NCBI RefSeq assembly: GCF_018350175.1
Contig: NC_058375.1
Location: forward strand, 194,742,001-194,806,000
Direction of reading: 5' to 3'
Length of the DNA stretch: 64,000 bases
DNA from: Felis catus
Taxonomy: Eukaryota
The notes beneath the pieces are model-generated. The model ran no database searches. It was not told the origin of the DNA and was given only the letters and a program-made list of their open reading frames with translations. Within the stretch, counting starts at the first letter, position 1. Each line of letters begins with the position of its first letter. A program made the position numbers and the translations under genes. Shown here one piece after another: positions 25,801 through 39,122 of this stretch.

Positions 25801-26462
25801 ATAAGTGTGGGGAGGGATCGGTGGTTCCCAAATCTCTGGTCACAGTGCTGGGTTAGGCTGGCTGCCTCATTATGTTCTGAGAGGCTTACAAAGCACAAAT
25901 TCCTACACTCCACTTCTAAAAATTCTGATTCTGAAAGTCTGGTTGAGATTCAGGATCTTACTAGGTAATTTTGATATACAGCCAGGTTTAGAAATCCTGG
26001 AATTAAATGACCAACATCTAAGATTCTTTACAACTCCAAAAGTCAGTGATTCTTTGTATTATTACCGAGATATCAAGATTCTGTCCTTGATAATAGATTT
26101 AAAATTGCACAGTACTTGCATCGTCCATAAAATAGAAGTTAGTTGTCGATTACAAGAAGAATCATTTTAAATATACTAAGGTCTCTTGCTAGTATTAGAG
26201 AAGAGACCTGGTAGCAAAATGATCAGATCCTATATTCATGTAAACCTCTGCACATGCATATGCTATGTGTCACCAGATTCCCAAAAGCCATGGTACATCT
26301 AAATCAGGCATTAGGATGGAAAGGAAGGAGGTGGAGTCAGGGAGGAAGTTTTCAGGCCAACTCTACAGAAAACATAGTGTTATAACTTTGAAGCTCTTTT
26401 TCAATCTATGACCCATTATACTCTCTCTCCTTCATTCCTCCACCATGGGAAAACCCCTACAG

Positions 26463-26635
26463 GTTGCCACAGCTTTGATGACNNNNNNNNNNNNNNNNNN
26501 NNNNNNNNNNNNNNNNNNNNNNNNNNNNNNNNNNNNNNNNNNNNNNNNNNNNNNNNNNNNNNNNNNNNNNNNNNNNNNNNNNNNNNNNNNNNNNNNNNNN
26601 NNNNNNNNNNNNNNCTGGCAGCTGCTTTGGATCTT
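26463..26635 (+). CDS. UNC80: UNC80 internal exon, partly masked: (G)CHSFDD-[44 masked codons]-LAAALDL
   Basis: Acceptor cccctacag| and donor CTT|gtaagt; 173 nt, phase 1 to 0. The 132-N run preserves the frame and equals the recalled 44-residue spacing between SFDD and LAAALDL. Confidence 0.93.
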
Positions 26636-26744
26636 GTAAGTTGTTAGAAGAATTTGCCCACTCTATCTCCCATTACAATTAATAATGCTAATGGAGGAAA
26701 GCCTGAGTCCCTAATCTTAACCCTATCTGTGGAGTTATTTTTTT

Positions 26745-27335
26745 TAATTAAGGCTTTATTATAGTTTTCAGAGGACAGGTCTTTCAAAACCTCCTTGCTT
26801 AAGCTTATTTATAGGTATTTTATTATTTTGCATACAATTATAAATGGGATTGTTTTCTTAGTTTCCCTTTCTGCTACTTCATTATTAGTGCATAGAAGTG
26901 CAACAGATTTCCATATATTAAATTTGTATCCTGTGACTTTACTGAATTTATTTATCAGTTCTAGTAGATTTTTGGTGGAGTCTTTAGGGTTTTCTATATA
27001 TAGCATTATGTCATCTGCAAATAGTAAAAAGTTTACTTCTTTCTCCAATTTGGATGCTTTCTATTTCTTTTTCTTGTCTGATTGCTATGGCTAGGACTTT
27101 CAATACTGTGTTGAAAGAAAATGACAGTGGACATTCTCGTCTTGTTCCTAATCTTAGAGGAAAAGCTCAGTTTTTCACCATTGAGTATGATGTCAGCTGT
27201 GGGTGTTTTGTGTATGGTCTTTATGATGTTGAGGAATGTTCCCACTAAACCAACTTTGTTGAGAGTTATTTTCAAGAATGAATGTTGTACTTTGCCAAAT
27301 GCTTTATCTACATTTATTGAGATGATCGTATAGTT
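26745..27335 (-). mobile_element. L1 ORF2 fragment (reverse-transcriptase region), degenerate
   Basis: Minus-strand translations [34 protein letters not shown] and TLNKVGLVGTFLNIIKTIHKTPTADIILNGEKL are L1 RT motifs; the piece is frameshifted. Confidence 0.92.
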
Positions 27336-27624
27336 TTTGTGGGTTTATTTTTTTGTTTGCTTTTCTCAGCACTAATGGCAAAAGGAGGAAGAAAGGTGGT
27401 GAGATGAAAAAAGAAAAGGACAAATTTTAATAAATATGCACTGGGAAGTAGACTGTATAGCATTATGATTAAAAGGATATGAGGGCTTTAGAATCTGACT
27501 ACCTGGATCAAAATCACTCTAACATTTACCAGACAAACTTCTGTAAAATGAAAGAGTAATAATAACATACCTACCTCCTCAGGCTAGTGTGAGGATTAAA
27601 TGAGGCATTAAATAGAAAGCCTTC

Positions 27625-27844
27625 GGGGCGCCTGGGTGGCGCAGTCGGTTAAGCGTCCGACTTCAGCCAGGTCACGATCTCGCAGTCCGTGAGTTCGAGC
27701 CCCGCGTCAGGCTCTGGGCTGATGGCTCAGAGCCTGGAGCCTGTTTCTGATTCTGTGTCTCCCTCTCTCTCTGCCCCTCCCCTGTTCATGCTCTGTCTCT
27801 CTCTGTCCCAAAAATAAATAAATGTTGAAAAAAAAATTTTTAAA
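27625..27844 (+). mobile_element. Young SINEC_Fc SINE with 16-bp TSD, inserted in a MIR
   Basis: CpG-rich ggggcgcctgggtggcgcagtcggttaagcgtccgacttcagccaggtcacgatctcg. TSD taaatagaaagccttc at 27609-27624 and 27845-27860. Confidence 0.96.
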
Positions 27845-30239
27845 TAAATAGAAAGCCTTCATCACAGGGCCTGGTAAGATAACTGTTCAATAAAGTAGGT
27901 CATTATTATTATTTTGTTATTATTAGTTTTAGGTTTGTCGTGTATTAGTACTTAAACATCTCTGAGTCTTTGTTTAATTGTCTATCAATTGGAAGAAAGA
28001 TATGAAGGATCAATTTAAATTAATTGTGCAGAAGTGCTTTGAACTTCATGGTATTATATACACAGGTAAGGGTTTAAGGAATATAAAGTGAATCTTCTTT
28101 AGAAAGGGCTTCTGTCAGGTAAACTAGGCCCAGATATGAGTTTTGAACTCAGTCTCTCAACTTCCTTTATTTTCTCTGGTTTAATAAATTCTTCATACAC
28201 TGTGTAAATTCTGGGTACTCACTACCAGATAAGCATCAACAATAAAAGTCTTTTATTTTCTCTTTTAAAAAATACAAACTAAAATAGACTGTTTTTAAAA
28301 CAAAAATCTTTAAGCCTGCCTATAAATGATCTGTTTTCCAGATTTTGTAACACAGGAATAACTGATCATTGGCCACCCATATTTTACCTTTGAAAATAAT
28401 CCAAATCTAATCATGTGATTTATGACATTCTTTTGGTGACATTTGCAGCTTTTGCTCTCAGGATAGTGACTAGCAAGAGAGGTGGTTTCATTTAAGCCTG
28501 AAACACAAATACCACTGTAATCACCCAAAATGATAACTTGTTGTATAAGATTTTTCAGCCAGTTCCCCATTCCCAGATATTTGTCATTGTGAATATTTAT
28601 ATATTCCAAAATGTTCAATATGTATTGATGTCTGCTTTGGTGACTATTAAATGTGAAGAATCATGAACCTCCAGGAGAGCTGAGGCTGGTGACAATTAAT
28701 CAAAAACAAAGTGCCTGTCTAAAGCAAGAGTTTGACAAGGCAAGGAGCCAATCCCTTGTTTTTTAAGTGGGAGAATGGTAACTAGCCTGCCACCCCTTTG
28801 AGTTGTGCAATGATGTTTTTTAATCACTATTGACCTATTCCAAAAGAAGCAGATTAAAATAAACAAATGTAACAAATTCATAAGAAAAAGACAAACAATG
28901 GAACATTCACATAAGGACTAAGTATATGAACAGCCAGTTCATCAAAAATATTAACACTCAATTAAGTATGTTCCATCTTATTTGCACTTAAGAAATGCTC
29001 ATTAACGTGTCCATAAATTCCTATATTCTAACTCTCAAATGATTAGAAAGTGTTGACAGGGAATAAAATGTCAGACACCACTACATGATGTTGGTTAGTG
29101 GTGGAAGCAGCAGGATTTGATTAAGAATAGAAGGAAGTCAGAATAACAGGGTAATAATGAGATGGTGGTAATGGGGAGTGGAGCACTCCTTGGCCCCTCC
29201 CTGCATAGTAAATAATTTTAAAGTGGATATTGTCACAGAGGAGGGGCAGTTCTCTGCATATTAATTATATCAAGTGGCATGAGTGGTGGAATTAAAAAGT
29301 GGCTTAAAAGATATGGCCCCATGTGGCTTAAAAGATACTCATCATATAATTAATTAATTCTACCAATATCCATTGAGAGCTTCCCATGTACCAAGCATGG
29401 TGCTAGCTGTTAATAATGATGCAACAAAACAACTTCTTTTGAACCTTTCTTACTGAAGATTGTATTTGCCTAGTGATCTGTTTTCCAGCCTTCTTAATGT
29501 ACAGCATTCTAGGGTAGATAAACTAATGATTAACATTTATTGTGTGCCTACTGTTTCCAAATGAAAAAAAGACTGAAGCTCAGAAAGACCAACTAACAGT
29601 CCAGGGCTACACAGCTAGCAAAGGATAGAGCCAGATTAGACCTCTGTGTGTCTTTAAAGACTGTATTTTGGTTGTCTCATTTAAAAATTATGTGAGATAA
29701 CTATAGGAACTTATTTTAAAACATGCAAAAGTAATAAATTCTGTATTTTATCCATGATAAATGTAAGTAAGAAAGTAAAGATGACAGAAGTTAGTTGAAC
29801 TCACAGTAACAATTATGCATTAGCACTTTACAGGTAGGTGGTTTAAGCTGTAATGTTCCAAAGGTACCGTCATATCTATTTTCGTGTCAATCTTAAAGTC
29901 ATAGCTACTTTGGGAGATTTTTAGACAAGATGGGGCATCAAATTTCTCAAGCAACTGCCTAATGAGATTATGGAAAATGATAATAACAAACCATATTATT
30001 TCAGATTTTTGAAAAAATGGTAGAAAGATGATATAGACACAGCTGTCCATACAACTTGGAAAATGATGGCATGATAACATTTAAACAGCTATTATGAATT
30101 TTAATGGTCCAAAAGCATTTGAATCCTTTAAAAAGTTTCCTTTACACACGAATACATGATGAACTCATAATCAGAAAATATAGGAGTTTTTCTTTAAAGA
30201 TTCACACTACATATTCACTCTGTAAACCAGTATTTCTTT

Positions 30240-30442
30240 TTTTTAAATGTTTATTCATTTTTGAGAGAGAAGAAGACAGAGCATGAGTGGGAAAGAGGCA
30301 GAGAGAGAGGGAGACACAGAATCTGAAGTAGGCTCCAGGCTCTGAGCTGTCAGCACAAAGCCCGACACAGGGCCTGAACTCACAAACCATGAGATCATGA
30401 CCTGAGCCAAAGTTGTAACGGACTGAGCCACCCAGGGGCTCC
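30240..30442 (-). mobile_element. Can-SINE
   Basis: Minus-strand SINEC body flanked by taaaccagt repeats. Confidence 0.92.
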
Positions 30443-32089
30443 ACTAAACCAGTGATTCTTAATATTTTGGAGACATAGACTCTTTTAGAATTGGATTAAA
30501 GCTCTGGAAATTTTCCCAAGAGAAGTGCACTTGTAGACAAAATTTAACAAATAATATTAGAAGGTTTATGGACTCCCCGCAAAATCCATCCATGAAAACA
30601 AAATTATTAAGAATTAAATCTCAATTAATGCATTATTACTGGCAAATGAAACATTTTAGTCAAGTAATTGGACTGATTACTTTTATTAACAATTATTGGT
30701 GTTATGAAAACAGAATAATTGCTTCCTATATGTAATACTTAGGAATTGTATAAGATATGCAGGCATGGGAGAAATATGAGACTTGTCACAAAGAGAGCAT
30801 TTAAAGATTTGAAAAATAATCCCAATAGAACAAATGAATACTGGTTTCTGAATGTAGATTATTTTAAGAGGAATACTGATCAATACTTTGATAATCAAGT
30901 CTCTTTGCTGTTGACATTTCATCCCCTCCTACCAAAATGGTTTCATACCTATTTGATTTCCAACTGCTATAATGCTTAGTTTTCAAGGAGATGAGGTTAC
31001 AAGGGTTTCCAGATACAAGTACACTCTTTTCCTGCCTGTAGCTTGACTCCTACCCCTAAGTTGGGCTGAATCCCACTGGAAACTTAAAATTTATTTTACT
31101 TCCCCAAAATATGGCTATTGCCAGATAGTTACCAGACCACTAGATTCTCTTTTCTTCCTTTCCTTTGGAACCTACTCTGGCCCTGCTTGACCTTCTCAAT
31201 CTTATAAATCTCATGGTAAGAAATAAAATAAAGGGGATTGATGTTTATAAGCAGTGTCTTTGAGCCTCAAAGAAAAGAAGCATTTTCTGATCATTGTAGA
31301 TGTCCAGTGATGGGGTAGCTCCACTGAGAAGTGATCAGTTCTTTGTCACTAGACTGGATTCAATGGGGGCCACTGTACAGAGGGGCCACAAGAAGTGGGT
31401 GGTTTGTATGATTCCCTTTCATACCTGAGTCTGTGATTCGAGGTCAAGGCCAAAGAGTATACAGAGGTCAGAGGTCACAATTCTAGATATCAGAATCAGT
31501 AAAGGTTTAAAGGAGTGTGGTAGTCTCCATTATCAGACAAAGAATCTGGGTAGAGCTCATTGAATAAAAGGGAGAGGTAATGATGGCGGCAGTAGTGGAT
31601 AACCATAGTAACATTTTCATTATACTTGATAGTTTATAAAGCACTTTCACATTTATTACCTTGTTCACATGAGAGAAAAGGAACCAGCTCAGGGAACAGT
31701 CCCCAACTAAGGGCACAACTTAAATCCAGTTTCTCAAGTACGGAAAAGTGAAGGAACGGATCACTGATGAATTGTGACAAGCATCCTGAGGAAGGGGAAC
31801 AGAGCTGTGTGTCCTGTGTGCTTGACTCAAGGTAGCCTTCGGTGTTTACTGTCATTTGCCCAGGTATGACAACTGCATACCTGTTCATCTGGGTTAAGAG
31901 TTTCTTGGAATTACTCTAACTTTCACAAATGCCCTCCACTAAATGTATTTTTAGCTTTGTTTCCTCTGTATTTGGCTTCACTTAATATCTGATTTCATCT
32001 TCCTCCTGGCTTTCAGAAATGTCTCACTGTTAAAATGTCTTACATGTTTTACAATGCATTTGTGGTTTTTGTCATATAGGTATAATTGT

Positions 32090-32272
32090 GTGAATATGGA
32101 TAGAAATTTCTATCACGTAGAAAGATGAATATAGAAATATCTGTATTTCTACCATATAGAAATATGAATATAGAAACATAGAGAGAGGTAGGTATAAATA
32201 TAAATGGCATAGATGGATAGATTGCTGATTGATAGGTACACAGATGAGATACAGATACAGATATGGATATAG
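32090..32272. repeat. Degenerate AT/AGAT-rich low-complexity repeat
   Basis: Repeated atagaaat, gatag and agatac units. Confidence 0.7.
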
Positions 32273-35200
32273 GCATACTTCTTGATTCTGCCATTTCATC
32301 AGATAGGATTTGGGAGAGGAGGGAAAGACAAATGTGTTCATTTCATCATCACAATCCATTCCAACACTTTCTCCCTTCTCTCCTTTATTGTTTGCTTCTG
32401 TTGGATGTTGCATTTATTTTTAAGTGCAGCTTAAATACACTTTTTCATTATGATGTAATTTTTATTTCAGAAGTTTTCACTGTTTTATTGCCTTAATCAT
32501 AGATTGTAAATGTGACTTTTTCAAATTTGCAATTTTCTTCAGAATTAAAAAGTATCATTAAATGAAAGAAATGTTAGAGATGTCAACATTCCAAGTCTTT
32601 CTGCAAGTTTGGTTTTAAACAATTCTCTTGTCATTATTGCTCTGACTACTCAACTTGGGGATAATTGGTTTAATTTTAAGTCCAGCACAGCTCTGCCTCA
32701 CGCTCTTTCTTTTTAGTACAAATTTAATAGACACAACTGTAAAGCATTTTAGAAAAGACATGTTTTAGAAAAACCTCATTTGTCTCTAGGTTTATGTAAT
32801 CTGCAAGCGCAAAAATAGAAAAATTAAACAGTTCTAACGAAAGGCACTTCTGTCTGTTTTCTGTATCGTTCAGATGAAATATTGTGTCCTTTTTTAGTCA
32901 GTTAAATATATAACATGAACAGACATAGTGATCTCTAATTTATCAGCATGAATAACACTAGTAATAATGTCTTTTGCATTAGGAGAAATTCCAAGAAGGC
33001 AAGAAAGTCAGTGATATTATAGAATTCTCTCTGGCCTGGGATGGAGAAAACCTAATTCTTGGTAAATTACACAGCCTTATAAATAGATAGCTTTAGGAAC
33101 GATTGTATAATTTTTTCTCCAACTGAGGCACTTTGGAGAGTGAAAGGGGATGCTATCAAGAATTATACCAGTTAAGCAGAATAAACTGGAAGTCTTTGGG
33201 AGAAAACGAAACACTGGTTCCCATAGATATAGTCACACTTTCAGGTTCACTGCATCGAATTTGATCCACACAGGGCTTTCCATCATAAGACTACTTGGTG
33301 ATCAATGCAGATTAGCTTCTTTCAGGGAAGTAGGAATATACATGCCTACGAGGAACTATCAAAGTGAAATCATATTGTGTTCTCTTTTGAATCATAAGAA
33401 AGGTTGAAATAATTCAGTAATAACCAAAACTAAATCATGAAATTATTCACTTGATTCTAGTGCTATTTCTATATTATTGAATTTTTTAAAAGATCCTAAG
33501 TATGAAATGTAGCATAAAAGTAATGTATATCATAAACATGAAGAGTTGAAGGGGAAAAAAAGTTTTAATGTCACATATCCACTACTACCTTAAAATAGGA
33601 CATTTCCAGTTTTTTAAAGTTGCTTGGATTCCCTTCCCTAATCATATACCCCCTATCTCCCAGAAGACCCTGCTCTCTTGAACTTTATTTTATCTTTCCT
33701 GTGCTTTCTTTATTTTACCACATGCACTTGTATCTCTAGGAAATACATTGTTTCTTTTTGTTTTGTTTGCCTAGCTCTAAAATTCATTTAAATTAAATTA
33801 TACCATCCTCTTTTTGTTCCATGTTTCATTTGAGTTCACCTTTGTTGATGCTTTAGCATTAATACAATCACTTTCACTGGTGAATGATGTTTGTTTGAAT
33901 ATGTCAGTTTACATAACCATTCAATGTTAGATGGACATTTTTATTTTTTCAAAATTTTGACTATTTTGAACAATGCCTTCATGAGTGTTACTGCATATGG
34001 GCCTTGATTTACAGTTTTCAAAATACATGCGTGGGTGGCATGACTGAATCATAACTTTACTATAGGATACCAAAGTGTATTTCAAAGTAGTTGCAACAAT
34101 TACTGGCACCAACATTGTAATAAAAGCTGCTGTTGCTCTGTGCTCTTGTCTTGAATTGTCCAACATTTTTATCTTTACCAGTCTGATGAATTAAAGTAAC
34201 AACACTTTATATTTCAGCCTAAAATCTGAAATGTCTTCTTATACCATTTACCATTCACGTTTCACTTTGGCAAAAAATCCCATGTGTTTATTTTCTCTTT
34301 TTTGGAGGATTATTTAAATTTTGTTGAGGATTTTAAAAGGATGTAGATATTGTCAATTAGAATCCATTTTCTGTTCCCTACTTTGTGGCTTATTTTCATT
34401 TTATTCCTTATACTAAATTTTAATAAAGAGAAAATTTTAATTTGATTCATTAAAATTTTCTTTATGGCTAGCAGTTTTTTTTAACAGATTTTTAAAGAAA
34501 TTCCAAGGCAATAAATATATTCTTATTTTTTCTTATAAAAGTTTTAAAGTTTGCATTACACACCGAAGTCCTTAGCTAGAACTTACCATGTGATTGGTAT
34601 AAGATAGGAAATTGTTTTCTTAATCCTTTTTTATCCACATGGAAAATAATTATCCTAGCATAATATATTACTAGTTCCTACTTTATTCTCTGATGTGCGG
34701 AGAATTCATTTCATTTATTGCTTTGAATTCATAGTATTATCTTAATTATGTGTCAGATTTCCACATATGCATGAGTGTAATTTTGAGGGTTTCTGTTTTT
34801 GTTTTTTGTTCTATTCCCCTTGCACCCTAAGTTAAACTACTCTGTTTTAATAGCTAGAACTTTTAATGTCACCTAAGCTATTTATGGCTCTTTGCTCTTC
34901 CGTGTGAGTTTTATAATTAGGTTGTCAGGTTTCATAAAAATACTTTGATTTATTCTTGGAATTATATCGAGTCCATAGATAAATATAGAGATAACTGAAA
35001 TTCAAATTGAAATTCAGTTCTTAATTGGTTAGCCAAAAGTTCTGCTTCCTTCTGAATCAATGTAATTTTAATTTTTTTAGTAATTTGTCAATTTCACCTA
35101 CATTTTCATGGGTTTTTTGGCATAACATTTATCATAACATTTTCTTATTAGCTCTTAATCTTTGCAGTATCTGTAGTTATTCTATGTTTTTATTTCTAAA

Positions 35201-35818
35201 ATTGTGGGTTTTTTCTTGTTTAGGCTTGCCAGATATTTCTCAATTTTATTAGTTTTTTTTTTAATGGCCTTGTTGATTCTGTGTTATCTTTGTTCTGAAA
35301 TTCATTACGTCCTGCTCTTTATTTTCTTCTCTGGTTTTGAATTCATTGTATTTTTTTTTTAGCTTATTGGCTGATTGCTGAGCTAATAATTTCACTTTTT
35401 CTTTTCAAAACTGATCATTTAGCTATTAATTTCCCTCAAATACTACTTTAACTACACACCATAAATTTTGATAAGCTGTATTTTTGCTACAACTCATTTT
35501 TAAGTAATTTTTAATTTCTTTAATCTTTTTTTTTGACCCATGGGTTATTTAGATGTGTATGTGTGTGTTTCAGTTTATAAATACCAAGGTTTTATTAGGC
35601 ATCCATTTGCTATTGATTTGTAAGTTTGTTTTTACATACTGATTCTTTGGAATTAATGGAGACTTGTTTTATGAACTAGAACATTATCGATTTTCATAAA
35701 TGTCCCATTTGTGGTTGAAAAGCATGTGCAGTCTCCAATTCTTAGGTGTAGTATTTTATATTCAAATCTCCATTCTTATTTACTTCTTACTGTTTGATAT
35801 GTTGATTACTAAGTTGTG

Positions 35819-36745
35819 GGGTTTTTTAAATTTAAATTTTATGTTTTATTTTTAAAAATTTACATCCAAATTAGTTAGCATATAGTGCAACAATGATTTC
35901 AGGAGTAGATTCCTTAATGCCCCTCACCCATTTAGCCCATCCCCCCTCCCACAACCCCTCCAATAACCCTCAGTTTGTTCTCCATATTTATGAGTCTCTT
36001 CTGTTTTGTCCCCCTCCCTGTTTTGATATTATTTTTGTTTCCCTTCCCTTATGTTCATCTGTTTTGTCTCTTAAAGTCTTCATATGAGTGAAGTCATATG
36101 ATTTTTGTCTTTCTCTGANNNNNNNNNNNNNNNNNNNNNNNNNNNNNNNNNNNNNNNNNNNNNNNNNNNNNNNNNNNNNNNNNNNNNNNNNNNNNNNNNN
36201 NNNNNNNNNNNNNNNNNNNNNNNNNNNNNNNNNNNNNNNNNNNNNNNNNNNNNNNNNNNNNNNNNCTCTTTCCATACTTTGGCTATTGTTGATAGTGCTG
36301 CTAGAAACATGGAGGTGCATGTGTCCCTTCGAAACAGCACACCTGTATCCCTTGGATAAATGCCTAGTAGTGCAATTGCTGGGTTGTAGGGTAGTTCTAT
36401 TTTTAGTTTTTTGAGGAACCTCCATACTGTTTTCCAGAGTGGCTGCACCAGCTTGCACTGCCACCAACAATGCAAAAGAGATCCTCTTTCTCCGCATCCT
36501 CGCCAACATCTGTTGTTGCCTGAGTTGTTAATNNNNNNNNNNNNNNNNNNNNNNNNNNNNNNNNNNNNNNNNNNNNNNNNNNNNNNNNNNNNNNNNNNNN
36601 NNNNNNNNNNNNNNNNNNNNNNNNNNNNNNNNNNNNNNNNNNNNNNNNNNNNNNNNNNNNNNNNNNNNNNNNNNNNNNNNNNNNNNNNNNNNNNNNNNNT
36701 TGTTTCTTGGGTGTTGAGTTTGATAAGTTCTGTATAGATTTTGGA
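35819..36745 (-). mobile_element. 5'-truncated carnivore/felid L1 (ORF2 C-terminus + 3' UTR) with 12-bp TSD
   Basis: Translation [40 protein letters not shown]...SEKDKNHMTSLI*. TSD tactaagttgtg at 35807-35818 and 36746-36757. Confidence 0.95.
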
Positions 36746-37704
36746 TACTAAGTTGTGTTTAAATCTTCACACTGATGGCAAATTTGATGGCATTTATAGT
36801 TGTAGTTCTGACAATCTATATTTATTTAGTAGCAGTTTAGAAGTATGGCAAGTATCTAGTGCTATGAGCCTTTTATCACTGGCTAGTGACCCAGTTTATT
36901 TTTAGTAAGATAGATTTCTCTCTGATTCCAATACAGATGAAATCATTTTATTAGGTTAACATTGGCTTGGTATGTCCTTTTGCCAATAATTTACTTTCAA
37001 CTTTCTATATGTTTGTGTTTTAGGTATGATTCTCATAAAAAAATACACTGAATTTTTTATACTACTTTAACAACCTTTTACCCTGGAAAATTTAATACCT
37101 TTGCACAGATTAATGATTGCTGATATAGATTAACCTCACTTTTTTTTTTGCCTATTACACAGTTTCATTATTTCATTGTATATGTGTTCTTATTTCTATT
37201 TTATATCCTCTTTTAGATTGTGATGGATTTAGTTTTATTTCTATTGATTTGGTTTGGTTTGGTTTAGCTTTGTTTTATTTATTTTCCTTCACTAGATTGG
37301 AAATTATTGTATTCTGTTTTTATTTTTCAAAATTACATATTTCAATAAATGAAGTCTATAGTTAGTATCCATACTATTCCCTCAAACAGTAAAATACTGT
37401 AGAGGATTTTAACCCCAACTATTGTTCAAGATTTAGTTCCAGCTTGTTTTTGTTTTAACATTGACAAAGCAGACAATATTTTTATTGATTTTCAGGAAAA
37501 TTATTTTTGAATGTACCCAAAAGCTTAGCATATTCTCTGCTCCCCATTTCTCCTTGAATCTCATACATTCTTCCTAGGATCCATGTTCTTCTGAAGGTGA
37601 CCTTTCAGAAGTTTCTTTAGTGATGATCAATTGGCAGTAGCTCTCACAACTACAATTTACTTGAAAATGTCTTTATTTTGATCTCATTCTTGAAAGATAC
37701 TTTT

Positions 37705-37916
37705 GGGGCGCCTGGGTGGCTCAGTTGGTTAAGCGTCCGACTTCAGCTCAGGTCATGATCTCGCGGTCTGTGGGTTCGAGCCCCGCGTCGGGCTCTGTGC
37801 TGACTGCTCAGAGCCTGGAGCCTGTTTCAGATTCTGTGTCTCCCTCTTTCTGTGACCCTCCCCTGTTCATGCTCTGTCTCTCTCTGTCTCAAAAATAAAT
37901 AAACGTTAAAAAAAAA
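37705..37916 (+). mobile_element. SINEC_Fc-type SINE with TSD
   Basis: CpG-rich body; TSD tgaaagatactttt at 37691-37704 and 37917-37930. Confidence 0.95.
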
Positions 37917-38402
37917 TGAAAGATACTTTTGCTGGAATTATAATTACAAGCTAACATTTTCTTTCTGTACCTCAAAGTTCTTATCCCATTCTTTTCTGAC
38001 TTTATCAACATTCATTTAAGTAATATGCATAATCTAATCTGTCTCCCTTAATTGCTTTTAACACTTTCTTTTTATTGTTGATATTTTGCAGTTTCACTAA
38101 GATGTTTCTAGCTCATTTTTCTTACTTTAGGTTCATAAAGCCCCTGAATCATGTACTTGGCATATTATATATGTTCTGCAAATTGTTCAATTATTATCTC
38201 TTCAAAACTTCTATCTTTCACATTTTATCTAATCTTTAGTTCTATGAATTAAAAAGGTATATGATAGATCTTATTGTTTTATCCTCTGTTTTTGACAATT
38301 TCTCTTTCATATTTTTAATTTCTTTGTTTCTTTCAATCTATATCCTATATTGCTGAGATATGTCTTCCATTTCATATTTTCTCTTTTCAACTTTGTCTAA
38401 TC

Positions 38403-38615
38403 CCATGGTTCTAAGCCGCAAGAAATTTTACCCAACAAGGGACACTTGACAATGTCTGGAAGAATTTTTTATTGTCACAACCTGGTGGTTGCTACTCGAA
38501 TCTCGTGGGTAGATAACAAAAATGCTGACAAACATCTCCTAATACATAGTGCACCCTCCGTAAAGAAAGAATTATCTGGCCCAAATGGTGATAGTGCTAA
38601 AGTTGAGAACACTTG
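38403..38615. mobile_element. MER20 (hAT-Charlie) DNA transposon relic
   Basis: gggacacttgacaatgtctggaagaattttttattgtcacaac...aagaattatctggcccaaatggtgatagtgctaaagttgagaa matches recalled MER20. Confidence 0.8.
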
Positions 38616-38937
38616 ATCTAATCTGTCTTTTAATCTATACATTGAGTTTGAAATTTCGAGTACTACTTTTTATTTGTAGAAGTTTTATTTGATCCTTGTT
38701 GTAAAACTACCAGGTCAACTTTGATAACCTATTTCTTCATCATACATTTCAATATCCACATTAATCTTTAGATGTATCTGATACCATACAATTCCAATAA
38801 CTCCTGTCTTTGTGAGTTTGATCCTATACTTTGTTGTTTCTGCTCTTACTCACGGTAGATTTTTAAATGTATTTGTTATGTGAACTTAACTTCTTGAGAT
38901 TTTATCTGTGAGAATTCTTTAAGACCTGTATTAAAAG

Positions 38938-39122
38938 CAGTGTTATTTAGCAGATCAGCAATATCAGCATCATCTGTGCACATGTTTGAAATGCAAATTT
39001 TTGGGCCCTCAATATATCTCCTGAATCAGAATCTTTGGGATGGGACCAAAAAAAATCTATTTTTGTCTATATTCCCCAGTGACTCTTATTCACACTTAAG
39101 TCTGAAGATTTGAGAAGTACTG
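38938..39122. mobile_element. MER5A-like relic
   Basis: cagcatcatctg...gaaatgcaaatttttgggccc...ctgaatcagaatct...tttgagaagtactg. Confidence 0.75.

Noticed and set aside
27625-27705. tRNA-like A/B-box sequences
   Set aside because: They are the tRNA-derived heads of Can-SINEs, not tRNA genes.
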